From assembly GCF_006345805.1 (NCBI RefSeq), contig NW_021835423.1, positions 1-53,267 of the forward strand: a stretch of DNA of 53,267 bases. The letters run 5' to 3'. Position numbers and translations under genes: made by a program. Numbering within the stretch: the first letter of the stretch is position 1; each line of letters starts with the position of its first letter. This document shows positions 1 through 13,379 of the stretch, one piece after another. The stretch is from Octopus sinensis (lineage: Eukaryota). Under the pieces are notes generated by a model that was given only the letters and a program-made list of their open reading frames with translations, was not told the origin of the DNA and did no database searches.

Positions 1-100
1 TGTACCAGTTAATCACTGGGGTCGATGTAATCGACTTAATCATTTGTCTGTCCTTGTTTGTCCCCTCAAGTTTAGTCCCCCTGTGGGCAATAAAGAAATA
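1..100 (+). mobile_element. 3' end of a SINE
   Basis: taccagt...ctggggtcgatgtaatcgact resembles the SINE bodies at 4215-4430 and 25140-25345. Confidence 0.5.
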
Positions 101-103
101 AAT

Positions 104-216
<113 letters not shown>

Positions 217-3205
217 ATTCAGTAGTTTTATTTTTATAGCGTGCTTTCACTTCACTACCGAGCGCAGCTCTGTGTGCCTTGGGTATGTGCTGTGATTGTT
301 GTGATGCTCTGATGGTTATTGTATGGAAAGTGTTCTGCCTAGGATGTGTGCAGTGCCTAGTAGTGCAATTTTCTGTATGTTATATGTGTTTGTAAGTCCT
401 GGTGTTTTTGTTATGTATTTGTCTGAATATTTTTTTATCATGCCTAATGCACCTACTATGATAGGAATTGTTTCTGTTTTCAGGTTCCACATTCTAGTTA
501 CCTCTATTTCCAGGTCTTTGTATTTTGAGAGTTTCTCCATTTCTTTTAGAGACACGTTGTCATCTGCCGGTATTGATACATCAATTAGAAAGCACTTTTT
601 TTCTTCATGATCTCTGACAACTATATCTGGTCTGTTGGCCTTAATTTCTCTATCTGTGTGTATCGGCGTATCCCAGAGTATGGTTGCTTTCTCGTTTTCT
701 GTGACCTTTTCTGGTGTGTGCCTATACCATCTTTTTTCTGTTGTTATTCCATAATGTTGGCATAGCTTCCAATGTATGTAGGTTCCAACTCTGTCATGTC
801 TGTGAATATATTCCTTCTTAGCCAGGACTGGGCAGCTAGAGATAATATGATTATTGTTTCTTGTCCATCTCCACATTTCTGCTGCAGTTACTTGTAATAT
901 TTCTTTTCATTACATGTTTTTGGTAATTTCTGGTGGGGAGGCTTTGGTCTTGTGCTGCAATTAAAAATCCCTCTGTTTCTGCTTTGAGTCCTGAGCTTCT
1001 CAACCATTGCTGGGATTTTTCTTTGTCTATTTCTTTTGCGTTTAGTTTAGTGCAGTATTTACCATGAAGGGGCTTTTCTTGCCATCGTTTTATCATGGCT
1101 CGTTGCTGTTCTATTTTTAGTTTGGATTTCATTTGTTTTATAGCTTTTGTTGTTTTCTTCATCATCTTCTTCTTCTTCTTTGTGTTTATTAGGTGGTATG
1201 ATTTCTTGTTGTATTTGTCAGCTTCCTTAAATTCTGAGAACAGTTTTTTGTTTTGCTCGTGTTTTGCTGCTATCTGGATCAGTTTTCCTTCCTTCTGAAG
1301 TAGGTATTTTTGCAGTCCTATGGTGGTTATTTTATAGTAGTTTTCCAGCTGTATAAGGCTTTACCACCTTCTATACGTTGTATATATAGTCTTTCTATGT
1401 CAGATTTTGGGTGATGCATCCTAGATCCTGTCAGTATTTTTCTTGTTTTCCTATCTATTTTGGACAGTTCATTTCGTGTCCAGTTAAGGATATTGTAGCT
1501 GTAACTTATAACTGGGACAGCTAAAGTGTTGATACCTATTATCTTGTTTTTGGCATTGAGCTCTGTGTTTAGTATTGATCTAACTCGTCTATAATATTCT
1601 TTTTTTATTTTCTCTTTCATTTGTGTGTGTTGTGTCTTATCTAGTTCATGGATTCCTAAGTATTTGTAAGTTTGGCTTTGGTCTAATTCTTTTATTTCAT
1701 TGGTTTTATCTAGTGTGATGTTGTTACTCTTAACTAGTTTTCCTCTTTTCATGGTTACTTTGGCGCATTTTTCTAATCCAAATTTCATATCTATTTCTTG
1801 GTAAATCCATGAACTGTCTTTAATAGTGTTTCCAGCTGTTTGTCATTTGCAGCGTATAGTTTTAGGTCATCCATATATAAAGGTGGCTGATCGTTTTGCC
1901 GTAACATTTATATCCGCATCCAGTTCTATTTAGCATATCAGATAGAGGTGACAGTGCCAAGCAGAAAAGGAGTGGAGAGAGCGTGACTCCCTGGAATATT
2001 CCTCTTCTAATGGGGATGTCTTTGGTTTTCATGAGTCCCTCTTTTGTTTGGAGGTGTAGGACTGTTTGCCTTTTATTCATAGAGTGCTCTATGAATTTTA
2101 TGATTGTTGGTGCTACTTTGTTAATGGCTAGTGTTTCGAGGATCCATGTGTGGGGGCTGCTATCGAACGCCTTTTTGTAGTCAATCCAGGCCATACTGAG
2201 GCCTTTCTTCTTTCTGTGGCTGTCTTCAGTTACGGCTTTATTAATCATTAGTTGATCTTTACAGCCATATGAGCCCTTGCGGCATCCTTTCTGCTCTTCT
2301 GGGAACAGTTTGTTTTCGTCCAGGTGCTTGTTCAGCCTTTGCGATATCACTGCAGTAAATGCCTTGAACATAGTAGGGAGGCAGGTTATTGGTCTGTAGT
2401 TTTCTGGTTTTGTTGTTTCATTTCATTTGGGAATTAAGATGGTTTTCCCCTTCGTGAGCCATTCAGGCATTGTCTCTGGCTCTGCTAGTATGCTGTTAAA
2501 GTTTTCAGCCAGCTTTTTGTGCATTCCTGTTAGATATTTCAACCAGAAGTTGGGGATCTTGTCATGCCCAGGTGCCTTCCAGTTGCTTAGTTTTTGCAGT
2601 GCCTGGGTGACCTCTTCAGTTGTTATGGGGGTCCAAAGTTGTTCAGATGCCGAGTTTGTTATTTTCATACTCCTTTTTTTTGGCTGTTCGTTCGCGCCGA
2701 CCATATTTCTTCCAGAATTCTTCCAATTCTTCTGCCGTTGGTGCTGCAGTAACTTCTATTTTATTTTTGCCCAGTTCTTGGTAGAACTTTTTGGGGTCGG
2801 AGTTGACTTTTTGTTCTGTTCAAAGAAGCGTTGGCGTTTCTCGTACCGGCGGATCCTTTGAGCTTTGGCAAGGATATCTTGCTTCAGCTTTTTTTATCTC
2901 CGGCAAATTTTTCTGTGGTGTTATATTTGCGGAGTATTTTTGTTCTCTTTTTGTTGCTCAGTAGCGTTGCTTGTTTGCTGATTTCATTAAGAATCGACGG
3001 TCTTTTCTAATTTTTTTAATTTTGTTTTGGATGTTATTTATCCACAGGGTGTTTGGGTGGTGGTACTCCTGTTTGGGCGGGTTTGGGTGAGTATCCAGCT
3101 TCTTTTGTGGCTGCAGTGGCTGCTGCGATATCAAGTCATTTAGTTCAGTGATATCACTTTTTTTTGTTTCAGTGGCTAGTTCAGTGACGGCTAGGTTTAC
3201 GTTGT
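217..3205 (-). mobile_element. 5'-truncated, frameshifted non-LTR retrotransposon of the R4/Dong clade (RT, CCHC finger, restriction-like endonuclease)
   Basis: RT motifs (AWIDYKKAFD, GIFQGVTLSPLLF, FGLEKC), a frameshifted C..C..H..C finger near 830-900, and an RLE region HDRVGTYIHW...RPDIVV...IDVSIP...KLSKYKDL. TAA arrays flank both ends. Confidence 0.88.
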
Positions 3206-3600
<395 letters not shown>

Positions 3601-4154
3601 TGAGTGAGAGAGCAGTTCATGCCATCAAAGTGACACTGGGGTAAAATATACGAAGCCCAATATACCCATCATGACTACCCGTCTGATAAAGGTACACCAG
3701 GCACATGCATCACAACCATACGTGCGCGACATGGTGATCTCATATCAAGATAAACAGCACATGACCTTGCAGGTGGGGCCCAGTTAGAATTTTCTTCAGG
3801 TTGAGTAGCCCATCCCGCTCAAACAGTCCCTGAATAAGGGTTGTTTAAGGATGTTGAAAGAACCACCCATGTTTCCAGAGGTGAACTATTCAAACCCCAA
3901 AGAATCCCTCTCAACACATGGCTATGATGCTCCCCCACTACTTCTGCTCGTGATCAGAGATGCACATATCGTCAGCCACTAAGGGACATGCTCAACTGGT
4001 TAAGGTCAAACAACTGACAAGCAAATCTGTGATATTGAGCAGAATATTTGCTGTAGCCCATCTTTTATACCAAGACAAAACAATGTACATGATAACACTT
4101 CCAATCAGTTAAGATCAGAAGCCACGAGAGCCACTGTCTGGTACTGCATCAGGG

Positions 4155-4155
<1 letters not shown>
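3601..4155. mobile_element. About 555-bp non-coding insert bounded by (TTA)n on both sides; probable non-autonomous or truncated TAA-targeted retroelement
   Basis: Complex sequence with sharp junctions to TTA arrays at 3600 and 4156, and no ORF. Confidence 0.5.

Positions 4156-4207
<52 letters not shown>
4156..4207. repeat. (TTA)n microsatellite
   Basis: Direct reading. Confidence 0.95.
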
Positions 4208-4208
<1 letters not shown>

Positions 4209-4214
4209 ATAAGG

Positions 4215-4430
4215 CAACATACTGGCAGAATCTTTGGCATGTCAGGCAAAATGCTTTGTAGTAATTTATCTGTCTTTACATACAGAGTTCAAATTCTGCT
4301 ATGGTCAGCTGCCTTTCATCTTTTCAGGGTTGATAAATTAAGTACCAGTGGAACGCTGGGGGTCGATGCAATCAACTACTCCCCTCCCACCAAATTTCAG
4401 GTTTTTGTGCCTTCAGTAGAATGGATTATT
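4215..4430 (+). mobile_element. Degenerate tRNA-derived SINE
   Basis: B-box-like gagttcaaattctg; the body resembles 25140-25345. Confidence 0.6.
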
Positions 4431-4971
4431 CTTATTATTATTCTTAAACAAGAATATTATTGACAGTGACTTTGAAGTTTTAGCCTGTGAAGCCATGGTT
4501 GGACAGTCCAACAATAGCTTTAACTGGCTGAAACTTCAAAATCGCCATCAATAATATTCTTATTTAAGAATAATAAATTTGTTCTCTACAAGAGTATAGA
4601 GGAATCCATCAGATTAACGTGTAATTGTTTTTATTATAAGTGAGCATAAAAACAAACATTAACACATGCACGTGCGCACACACACACACACATCTGTATG
4701 TGTGTATATCTCTCTTACTTGAAAATTAGGCAAGGGTTAGTGAGAGGAAGGGCATCCAACTGTACAACTCTGCCAACAATATTTAATCCATGCTAACTTG
4801 GGAAAACATACTTAAAAAGTAAATATAAAGAAATGATGATATATGTGTGTGTGTGGATGTGTGGATGTATGTGTGTGAGATTTTCTTTTGATTCACCTAT
4901 ATGCAACAAATATATGAAAGTTATAAGAAATCTAGTGCAAAAGTGGGAAAAATTGTTTTTATTGATTAACA

Positions 4972-5645
4972 TAGGTGATCCAAAGTACACATGTTAGTGA
5001 ATAATGCTTTATTAGAGTGAATAATACTTTATGCAAAAGTACGATTCAGCACAGTCTCCATTGCATGGGATACATCTGCTCTATTGCTGAACCCGACACT
5101 CAGATCATCTTTGAAAAGATTCAGGTGTGCACTGTTGGTGTCACTTTGGTACAGCCACTTTCATCTCATCAATATCATCAATGGACCAAAGAGGTGGAAG
5201 TCAGAGGGCCAGATCCAGTCAGTACGGTGGATGGCGATCACTGATCAGCCTAATTGGCTGATTACTTGATTTGTTGCTAAAGATTTGTGCAGTTGTGCAT
5301 TGTCATAATAAACTTGAGTCATTTGTTATTGTTCAGCTCTTCTTGTTCAGATTCTTGGTCAGCCTCTTCCTCTAATGGCTTCTCTAAGCCTTTTGAGTGT
5401 CTCGATGTTCTCTGTTCACACTTCAGGCACATTCCAGAAAATCAAGGAGACCGACGCCCTTGTCATTCCAGAAAACAGCCACCAGGTTTTTCTGTGTCGA
5501 TAACTATCTCTTAAACTTCTTAGCTCTTGGAGAAGAAATGCAACACCATTCCAAGGGCTGAGCTTTCTTTTCTGGATCGCAAAGATACACCCATTGAATG
5601 CAAACAAGATGCCAAGTAATGATTTTAAATCAGGTGACAGATTCA
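4972..5645 (-). mobile_element. Degenerate mariner transposase, 3' half
   Basis: Minus-strand fragments WVYLCDPEKKAQPLEW...SPRAKKFK, VFWNDKGVGLLDFLE and HPPY*LDLAPSDFHLFGPL (mariner YSPDLAP motif), with stops and frameshifts. Confidence 0.85.
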
Positions 5646-5719
5646 ATCTATAATGTAAGCAGGCCTTATGAAGGTTTCATTCCAGAATGCAAAGAACCAG
5701 AATAAATACAGTAAGGCAT

Positions 5720-5850
5720 TTGGCCCCAAATTCTTACTTTTCTCTCAATTCATCATTCAAGCCTGGTATTCAAGCTTGGTGCTTCTTATCAACCTTGAAA
5801 ATATGAAAGGCTAAGATGACTTCAGCAGGATTTGAACTCAGAGCAGAGAG
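5720..5850 (-). mobile_element. SINE fragment
   Basis: Reverse-complement B-box (ggatttgaactc) plus a body similar to other copies. Confidence 0.5.
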
Positions 5851-5954
5851 AGAGAGAGAGATAGAAGTATTTTTTTTTTAGTAGGGTTCATGTTGCTATT
5901 GTTGATGTTTCACCCAGGTTAACCATGGTTCAACAGCTCTATAATTAGAAGTTG

Positions 5955-6190
5955 GGGAGGTACATGGCTTAGTGGTTAGGGTGTTGGACACATGATCGTA
6001 AGATTGTGGTTTTGAATCCTGGACCGGGTGATGCATTATGTTCTTGAGCAAAGCCCTTTATTCCATGCTGCTCCTGTCCACTCAACTAGTAAAAATGAAT
6101 CATCCTACAATGGAGCATCACCCCATTCAGGGAGGAATATATGCCCCAGAGAAACCAGAAAACTGGCCTTATGCTTCTTACAGAGTAATG
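5955..6190 (+). mobile_element. tRNA-derived SINE (second family)
   Basis: A-box tggcttagtgg, B-box-like ggttttgaatcc and core ttcttgagcaaa...gtccactcaact, shared with 12960-13285 and 26081-26290. Confidence 0.7.
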
Positions 6191-6609
6191 TACGCTAACC
6201 AGGATTAGCAGTGACCCAACTGTAACTGCCCATCTTTATAGAGTTATGTATAAGAGTACATTATCCAGCGTACTCTTTTCTTTTTTCAAAAAGTAGGATG
6301 TGATTTAAGGGACGTTTTGCTGTTGTTTCAGGCTGATTTAGTGACCACATAGAAGCTTTCTCATTGGCTCAAGTTTCCTCATTGGCTTCTTGATATCACT
6401 GTGGTTGTTATTTAGCCTAAGGTTAACTCTGATCAACAGACCTATGATCACTGCCATTCCAACCATGACATCCTGTGCTTTTATTTAGTTTATTGCCACA
6501 CTGTCTAACGTATGCCTTTCTCTTTGGAGTGTGATCTGAGGAAGATTTGGTTGCTTTTTCTAGCCGGATGTTCAGGCTATATAGCAGCTCCTTCATTGGC
6601 TTGTGTTGC

Positions 6610-7000
6610 TAATGGTTGTTGTTGTTGTTGTTCATGATAATGTTGTGGTTATTGTTGCTAGAAGTCTTCTTCTTGTTGTTGTTGTTGTTGAGGTTACTGG
6701 CTGGTCTCCTTGGACTTCTACTGATTTTCACAATACTCTCCAGAATCTAGTTTATCACCGTTGCTGCTGCTGCTGCGGCTGCTGCTACTCCTGTTCCTGT
6801 TGCCTCTGTTACTCCTATTATTGACGTTGTTGCTGCTGTTGTTGTTATTATTGATGCTTCTGTTTATGTCTCTGCTTTTACTGCTGCATTGTTACTATTA
6901 GAACTGCTACTAGTGCTGCTGCTGCTGATGATGATGATGATGCTGATGCTGATGCTGATGATGATGATGATGATGATATTAGTACTGCTACTACTGCCAG
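6610..7000. repeat. Mixed trinucleotide tract (GTT, GCT, GAT)
   Basis: Direct reading. Confidence 0.85.
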
Positions 7001-7292
7001 TGCTGTTACTATCTTATCTCATACTGCTCCCATCCGTAGAAGTCTCCTTCACTTTCCCTTCTCCCCCTTCAAACCTTCTCCCTCATTACTTTCTAGCTTC
7101 ACCTCTCTTTCACATGCATATTACTAGATCCCAGTCTCCCTCTCTCTTCCCCCATTTATGTTTCCATCTTTCTTTTCTTTCCTCTTTGTCTCGTAATCTA
7201 CGGCTCTTCCTTCATCCATCACCCCTTCTCACTCTCCTTTTTTCTCATTTTCTACTTCCTCTTTGCCCCTTTCTATCATTCTCTTTCTTCCT

Positions 7293-7296
7293 ATCC

Positions 7297-7351
<55 letters not shown>

Positions 7352-7356
7352 CATCT
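7293..7356. repeat. (TCTA)n microsatellite
   Basis: Direct reading. Confidence 0.95.
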
Positions 7357-7554
7357 ACGGACGTGCTGTCACTTCGGCTCCGAAGGTAATCGCTTATTTT
7401 GACTATTTATAGCCCATATTTTGTGTACATTTTTGTAAATAAGGTGTGTAAGGCACCCAACTTTCGTTTGAGTGCTTTTCCAAGGGAGGAATTTGCCCCT
7501 AGGGGCAGTTTCAACCCTATTTAATTTGTGTAATTTTCTTCTCGACATTAAAAA

Positions 7555-9430
7555 ATGTCGAGAAATTTTATTGTAGAACGCTGGTCGCGTTCCTTTATGG
7601 ACCAGCATTTTCCTAGTCTGGAAACGCTAGGAGAAAAAAAGAACTCATGCACGCAAAGTGCAAACCTGAATGACGTGGTAGTGAACGCTGCAACCACTTG
7701 CGGTAACAGCCCTGTCACCACCACCACCACCACCACTAACAACAACAACAACAACGAGACTACTACTACTACCACCACCACCTCCACCACAACCACCACT
7801 ACACCACGACCAACATAAATGATAAAAATGAAACTCACGCGAATACTATTAAGAAAAACAACAACAAGAACAACAATGAAAATGAAATAAATATCTTACT
7901 ATCTAATAGTGAAGATGTTAATATAAAAAATCAACAACACCAGTAAATTTCGCAGACACTCTGCGTCAGAAGAAGGAAATAGTAACATTTACAAATGAAG
8001 AGCTAATAGAAACGAGAGCTCTCTTTACAACCCGTGGGCAAGATTTAGTGCTGCATACACCTCAACACATAAAGGAACAAATAGAAAATAAGACAATTAT
8101 ATATAAAATTATAAGAAAAAACAAAAAACAAAATGAACAGATTACAAAAACGGATATAGAAAAGTGTTTAAAAAGCATAATTAAAAAAAAAGAATATATA
8201 AACTGGGGTCCCCAGTTTAACACAGTTGTGGTCCGCTTCCCTAACCAGGAAATGGCAAAACCTCACTCTACGGAGTCTTTGGAAAATGATGATATCAAAA
8301 TGGTACCTTATTTCAAAGGCCAGAGAGTGAGTAGAATTACTATTAAAAATGTACCCCCCGAGATCCCGAACAAATGGATAACAGGGGCAATCTGTTACCA
8401 TTTGAAAAAGATCAATATTTTAGAAACAGCCGTGTACCTAAACGACAATTGGGGTGGAAAAACAGTAGTAGTGACCATCCAGATTGAGGGGGCCTCTATC
8501 GAGAGCCTACCCGATAGGATCCACCTAGAAAATGGGCAAAGCCTATATATTGTGGCAGAAGGCAAGAAGCCTAGATGCTACAACTGTGGCAGCCCAGAGC
8601 ATTTAATTGCCAAGTGCACTCTGGCACAGAAAAAACAAGAAAGAACAAATCAGAAAACAAATAAAAAACCCTTGTTGCCAACACCAACACCAACACACTG
8701 AATTATGGAACAATGCCAAGAAGAAAAACAACAAACCAGCAAACAAACCCCAACAACATCACCAAGAAAAGAAACAGTACCAACAAAATCACCGTTGACG
8801 ACGCAACCAATTTATCATGCTGAACCAAAAGATAGACCAACACCAACACCGAGGACGACAATTAAAAAGACAGAAATCAGTGACGAGAAGACAAATTCTA
8901 CCCCTAACACCATAACAACACAAACACCGCACAAAACATCAACAATTTCTACAAGCATACATAGTAACACAAATGCTTTGCCTTTACCCTCTTCTGATAC
9001 GTCGGACGACGAAAGTTCGACGGAATGGCAAATAGCCACAGGGGGTAAAAGGAAAAAATCAAAAAAGCCCACCAAACAAGGAAGTACAGCAGGGAGATAT
9101 CTAACTCCGGACAGCATCCCCCTGGACAATCAAAAAATCAATGAACCCGCAAAACCATACACACAACTAACTGCAATAGACACAGACAATAAAAAATTAA
9201 TGGATTAGATTGCATCCAACACAGACATCTGTGAAGATGACTTTAAGACAAACAATCATCCGCGCACCACACCACCGAAGCACATAAAAATTGTACACAT
9301 AACACAAACACAACACCATACACTGAAAACAATATTTCCAAATGCGGTAGGCGGGTTTCAACGTTACCTCTCCAAAAAACTATACAAACACCTCATCAAA
9401 GACACTACAAAAGAAGAAGAAAAAAAATGA
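7555..9430 (+). pseudogene. Tx1 ORF1 (gag-like nucleic-acid-binding protein), disrupted
   Basis: CYNCGSPEHLIAKC (CX2CX4HX4C). Segments 8048-8701, 8705-9208 and 9209-9430 are in one frame separated by single stops. Inclusion of 7555-7818 is uncertain. Confidence 0.75.
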
Positions 9431-9519
9431 AACTTTCGAAATGAGTAAGTGACCTTCCCTCTTGCCTCTTGTCTCTTCCAATGTTTGTGTGTGAAACACA
9501 ATTTTCGTAAACGTCAATT

Positions 9520-11797
9520 ATGCTTAAATTAGGTTGTGTGAATGAGCGTGGCTTGGCGTCGGCTTGGAAGCAAGGTTACCTTCTAAACGACATCAAGTCA
9601 CTGAACGTGGAATTAGTAGCTATCAAGTCGCGGGCCCTCGCGTCCATGTTTGGCGATCAATTTGACATTTATTTTTCTCCCTGTCTGCCGAACATGGGTG
9701 GTGGAGGTACCGCGGTGCTTTTTCGAAAGAGTCTAAATGTAAAAGTAAGAGCAATATTCCTAGACCCGGAGGGTAGGCTGGTTGTCTTGGACGTGGATGG
9801 CAGAAATGGGTGTGCATTCCGTCTGATGGCAGTTTATGCACCGTCCTTAACGGGTCGGGCGGATTTCTTCAGACGTCTAGAGGTTTTCCTGGGTACGTCT
9901 AGACCTTTACTGTGAGTAGGGGATTGGAACGCTACCTTGGACACGCATCTAGATTATGTGGGAATGGATAGGAATAGAAGGGGGTGTAAGAGCCTCAAAG
10001 ACCTACTCAGACGTTTCCATTTGTCTGACAGGTTCCGACTCGACAATCCGAACGTACCAACGTGGACTTGGACAAACCGCGTCGGATCGTCGAGATCTTA
10101 TCTAGATAGAATTCTATGCAGGACAGCGGATAGGGATAGCGTAGGATGTCCACAATTTAAAATTGTCAGCTACACAGATCACAAATTTGTGACGTGTACG
10201 CTCGACTTAGATAAGACACATAGACAGGGTCCCGGTTACTGGAAACTGAACACGTCGCTCTTAGCGCGACAGGTTTACAGGAACCGGATTAGCGAGTTAA
10301 TTAAGAGGGCGCTGACGGGAGCCGTCGTTAACAATCGCTGGTGGTTCGCCCTGAAAATGGCAATGAAATCGGAATCAATTAGGTTTAGCAAGGAATTAGC
10401 GATAGATCGAAACAGAGTAGAGGGAGACCTGGTTAAGAAACTAGAAGAGGCACTTACCACTGGCAGCGCAACCAACGTGTTGGCTGCGAGGATGGCCCTC
10501 GACCAACACCTCAACGCCAAGCACGAAGGTTGCGTCGTCAGAGCTAAAATGCGTGCCTTAAGGAACGAAGGGATCGAGGTTGCGCGAGAGGCCCGGGTAG
10601 CGGAGGCGCAGCGTGGCAACAGAGCCACCATTCGGTCTCTAATAGATCAACAGGGATGCAGTTTACTCGAACCCGAAAGGATGTGAGGCCTTTCAGCAGC
10701 ACTTTGCTCGACTGTTTGGTGCGAGTGATGGGTCGGAACGCGGGATGGATTTCAGTGCCTACCTGACCGACCCGCCGCGGCTCTCGGCAAGAGAAGCGAA
10801 GTGTTGTGAAAGTCCCATCACAGCCGCTGACGTGCGGGATGCGATGGCGGGCTGCGCGAGGGATAAGTCGCTTGGATTGGATGGTATACCCTACGAGCTG
10901 TATAGTCAAATGCCAGACTTGTTTGACGACCTCTTGGCATCAGTCTGCTGCAACTGGCAACAAAACGGGAGAATTCCCGGTTTCGTGAGCCGAGGTGCAG
11001 TGACGTTGCTGAAGAAAGACCCAAACAAGGGGAATTTTATAGATAATTTCAGGCCCATCACTCTGCTCAACGCAGATTTGAAAATTTTGGTCAAAGTAAT
11101 AGCCGAGAGGTTGGCGCTTGTCATTGGTAAACTGGTCGACAGGGCGCAAACATGCGCCGTACCGGGCAGAACCATACATGACAACCTCCATCTGATGCGC
11201 TACATTTTGGACAGGGTAGTTAAGGATCCTGGCATAGGTGGGGCGCTGATAAATTTGGATCAGTCTAAAGCATTCGATAGGGTCGACCATCGGTACTTGG
11301 CGGCCGTCCTCAGGGCGGCTGGCTTCGGTCCCGTCTTCCGTGGTTGGATCGCTGCCTTGTATAGCGGCATCCGATCGGTGATTCGGGTGAACGGTCACCT
11401 GTCGAAACCGTTTGACATCACGTGTTCGGTCCGTCAGGGGTGTCCCCTGTAGGCGCTTCTGTATGTATTGACTCTCGAGCCGCTACTGCGAAAGCTGGCG
11501 ACACCGAGGGGCATCCCACGGGAACTGGGTTGCGGGACGAGCGTGTCGGCACATGCGGACGATGTCACCGTCATAGTGTCGAGCGACAAACACATCCGGA
11601 TGATAGGCGAGACATTAAGAAAATACGAAACGGTGAGGGGAGCGAAGATTAACCCGGAAAAGTCAGTGGGTTTGCTACTCGGCACCTGGAGAAGCAAACC
11701 CATGCCGTCCGACTGCGGCTCAGTAGTGGGACGCTGGACGGACGGACCGGTTAAATTGCTCGGGGTCTGGTTCAGTCCGGACCTCCAAATGGATAAG
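9520..11797 (+). pseudogene. Tx1 ORF2 (AP endonuclease and reverse transcriptase), disrupted
   Basis: LGCVNERGL, VGDWNA, YLDRI, TDHKFV, GPGYWKLN, NFRPITLLNAD, KAFDRVDH, VRQGCPL*, HADDVT. Stops at 9913 and 11450, and a frameshift near 10685. Confidence 0.9.
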
Positions 11798-12240
11798 AAC
11801 GACAAGTGTATGTGACTAACGAATGGAGATTGTTTAAAGACTCGAGTAAGGTTAGCCTCGAAGCTGTGTTGTTACATAATGGTAATGAAAAACCTTCCAT
11901 TCCTGTGGGTCATGCTATCGGTATGGAAGAAACTTATGAATCGATGGAACTCATTCTGAAAGGAGTTAATTACTCAGTTCATAAGTGAAATATTTCTGGT
12001 GATTTAAAGATGATTTACCTCATCCTAGGACTGCAGCTAGAATACATCAAAAATATGCACTTCTTGTGTGTTTGGAATAGTCGTGATGACAGCAACCATT
12101 ACACTGTAAAAGACTGCTCTAAAAGAGATCAGCGCATAATTGGTCGCTACAATGTGCAGTATGTGCCGCTGGTAAACCCAGAAAAAAATCTTCCTTCCAC
12201 CCCTTCACATCAAAATCGCCTTCATGAAAAACTTTTTTAG
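11798..12240 (+). mobile_element. DNA transposase fragment, probably Chapaev3 (CMC) type
   Basis: EWRLFKDSSKVSLEAVLLHNGN...SIPVGH...GDLK...LGLQ...FLCVWNSR matches a transposase family I recall as Chapaev3. The family name is unverified. Confidence 0.65.
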
Positions 12241-12254
12241 AAGCAACGACACAC

Positions 12255-12375
12255 GATGTAACTTAGCGGTTCGGCAAAAGACACCTATAGAATAAGTACT
12301 GGTCGATTTGCTCGACTAAAGGTGGTGCTCTAGCATGGCCGCCGTAAAATGACTGAAAAAAGAGATTAAAAGAGC
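12255..12375 (+). mobile_element. SINE 3' fragment (OK-like family)
   Basis: Reverse complement of the tail of the copies at 13380 and 30665. Confidence 0.6.
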
Positions 12376-12715
12376 AAATAGCGACGAAAGTGTATTTTCT
12401 TTAAACTACCTTATTAAGGGAGATAACTAAAAGATAACATCTTAGAGTTGCTTCCCTTGCGTCATATAAAACCGACGTGAGTGTTCCAAATTGAAATGGG
12501 TTCGTTTTTCGCTTGCGAAGGGGACACGAGCATTGGCGCACCAACAGACACACATACGCATGCAAGCTTCCTGCTGATACCTTTAACAATTAAACATCAA
12601 CTAGCTTATAATTTACATTTAATTACACGCCACAACTATATAAAGTAATAACAATATCTAGTACAAACCTTTGTTATTATTTTGTTTCAGATATGCGTGT
12701 CTGAGTATATACACC

Positions 12716-12761
12716 TATGTATGTATGTATGTATGTATGTATGTATGTATGTATGTATGTA

Positions 12762-12802
<41 letters not shown>

Positions 12803-12888
12803 TGTATGTGTGTATGTATGTATGTATGTATGTATGTATGTATGTATGTATGTATGTATGTATGTATGTATGTATGTATGTATGTATG

Positions 12889-12917
<29 letters not shown>
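12716..12917. repeat. (TATG)n/(TG)n microsatellite
   Basis: Direct reading. Confidence 0.95.
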
Positions 12918-12920
<3 letters not shown>

Positions 12921-12959
12921 GATATAGACATTTATAAAGGTATATATATATATTTTTTT

Positions 12960-13285
12960 ATTGACTCCGCCGGTTACGATGACGAGGGTCCCAGCTGATA
13001 CGATCAACGGAACAGCCTGCTCGTGAAATTAACGTGCAAATGGCTGAGCATTCCACAGACACGTGTACCCTTAACGTAGTTCTCGGGAATAATCAGCGTG
13101 ACACAGAGAGTGACAAGGCTGACTCTTTGAAATACAAGTACAACTCATTTTTGCCAGCTGAGTGGACTGGAGCAACGTGAAATAAAGTGTCTTGCTCAAG
13201 GACACAACGCGTCGCCGGGAATCGAACTCACAACCTTACGATCGTGAGCCGAATGCCCAAATCAATAAGCCACGCGCCTTCACTT
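12960..13285 (-). mobile_element. Near full-length tRNA-derived SINE (second family)
   Basis: Minus strand ggcgcgtggctta...gagttcgattccc (B-box), then core gtgtccttgagcaagacactt. Confidence 0.8.
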
Positions 13286-13379
13286 AAAGGTATATATAAA
13301 GATAGCTAGATATATAGATAGATAAATAGATAGATAGATATATAGATATATAGATACATATATATATATATATATGTAT

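Larger units (their letters stand above)
7357..11797 (+). mobile_element. Tx1/L1-group non-LTR retrotransposon, 3'-truncated and inactivated
   Basis: ORF1 with a zinc knuckle, followed by ORF2 with APE and RT. The 5' boundary is inferred from the end of the TCTA array. Confidence 0.85.

Noticed and set aside
5416-5646. Apparent hydrophobic exon of a second gene, with a plausible acceptor
   Set aside because: Another frame gives mariner transposase motifs that continue to the YSPDLAP-type motif.
12960-13285. tRNA gene
   Set aside because: A/B-box-like head only, with no cloverleaf. It continues into a SINE body shared with other copies.
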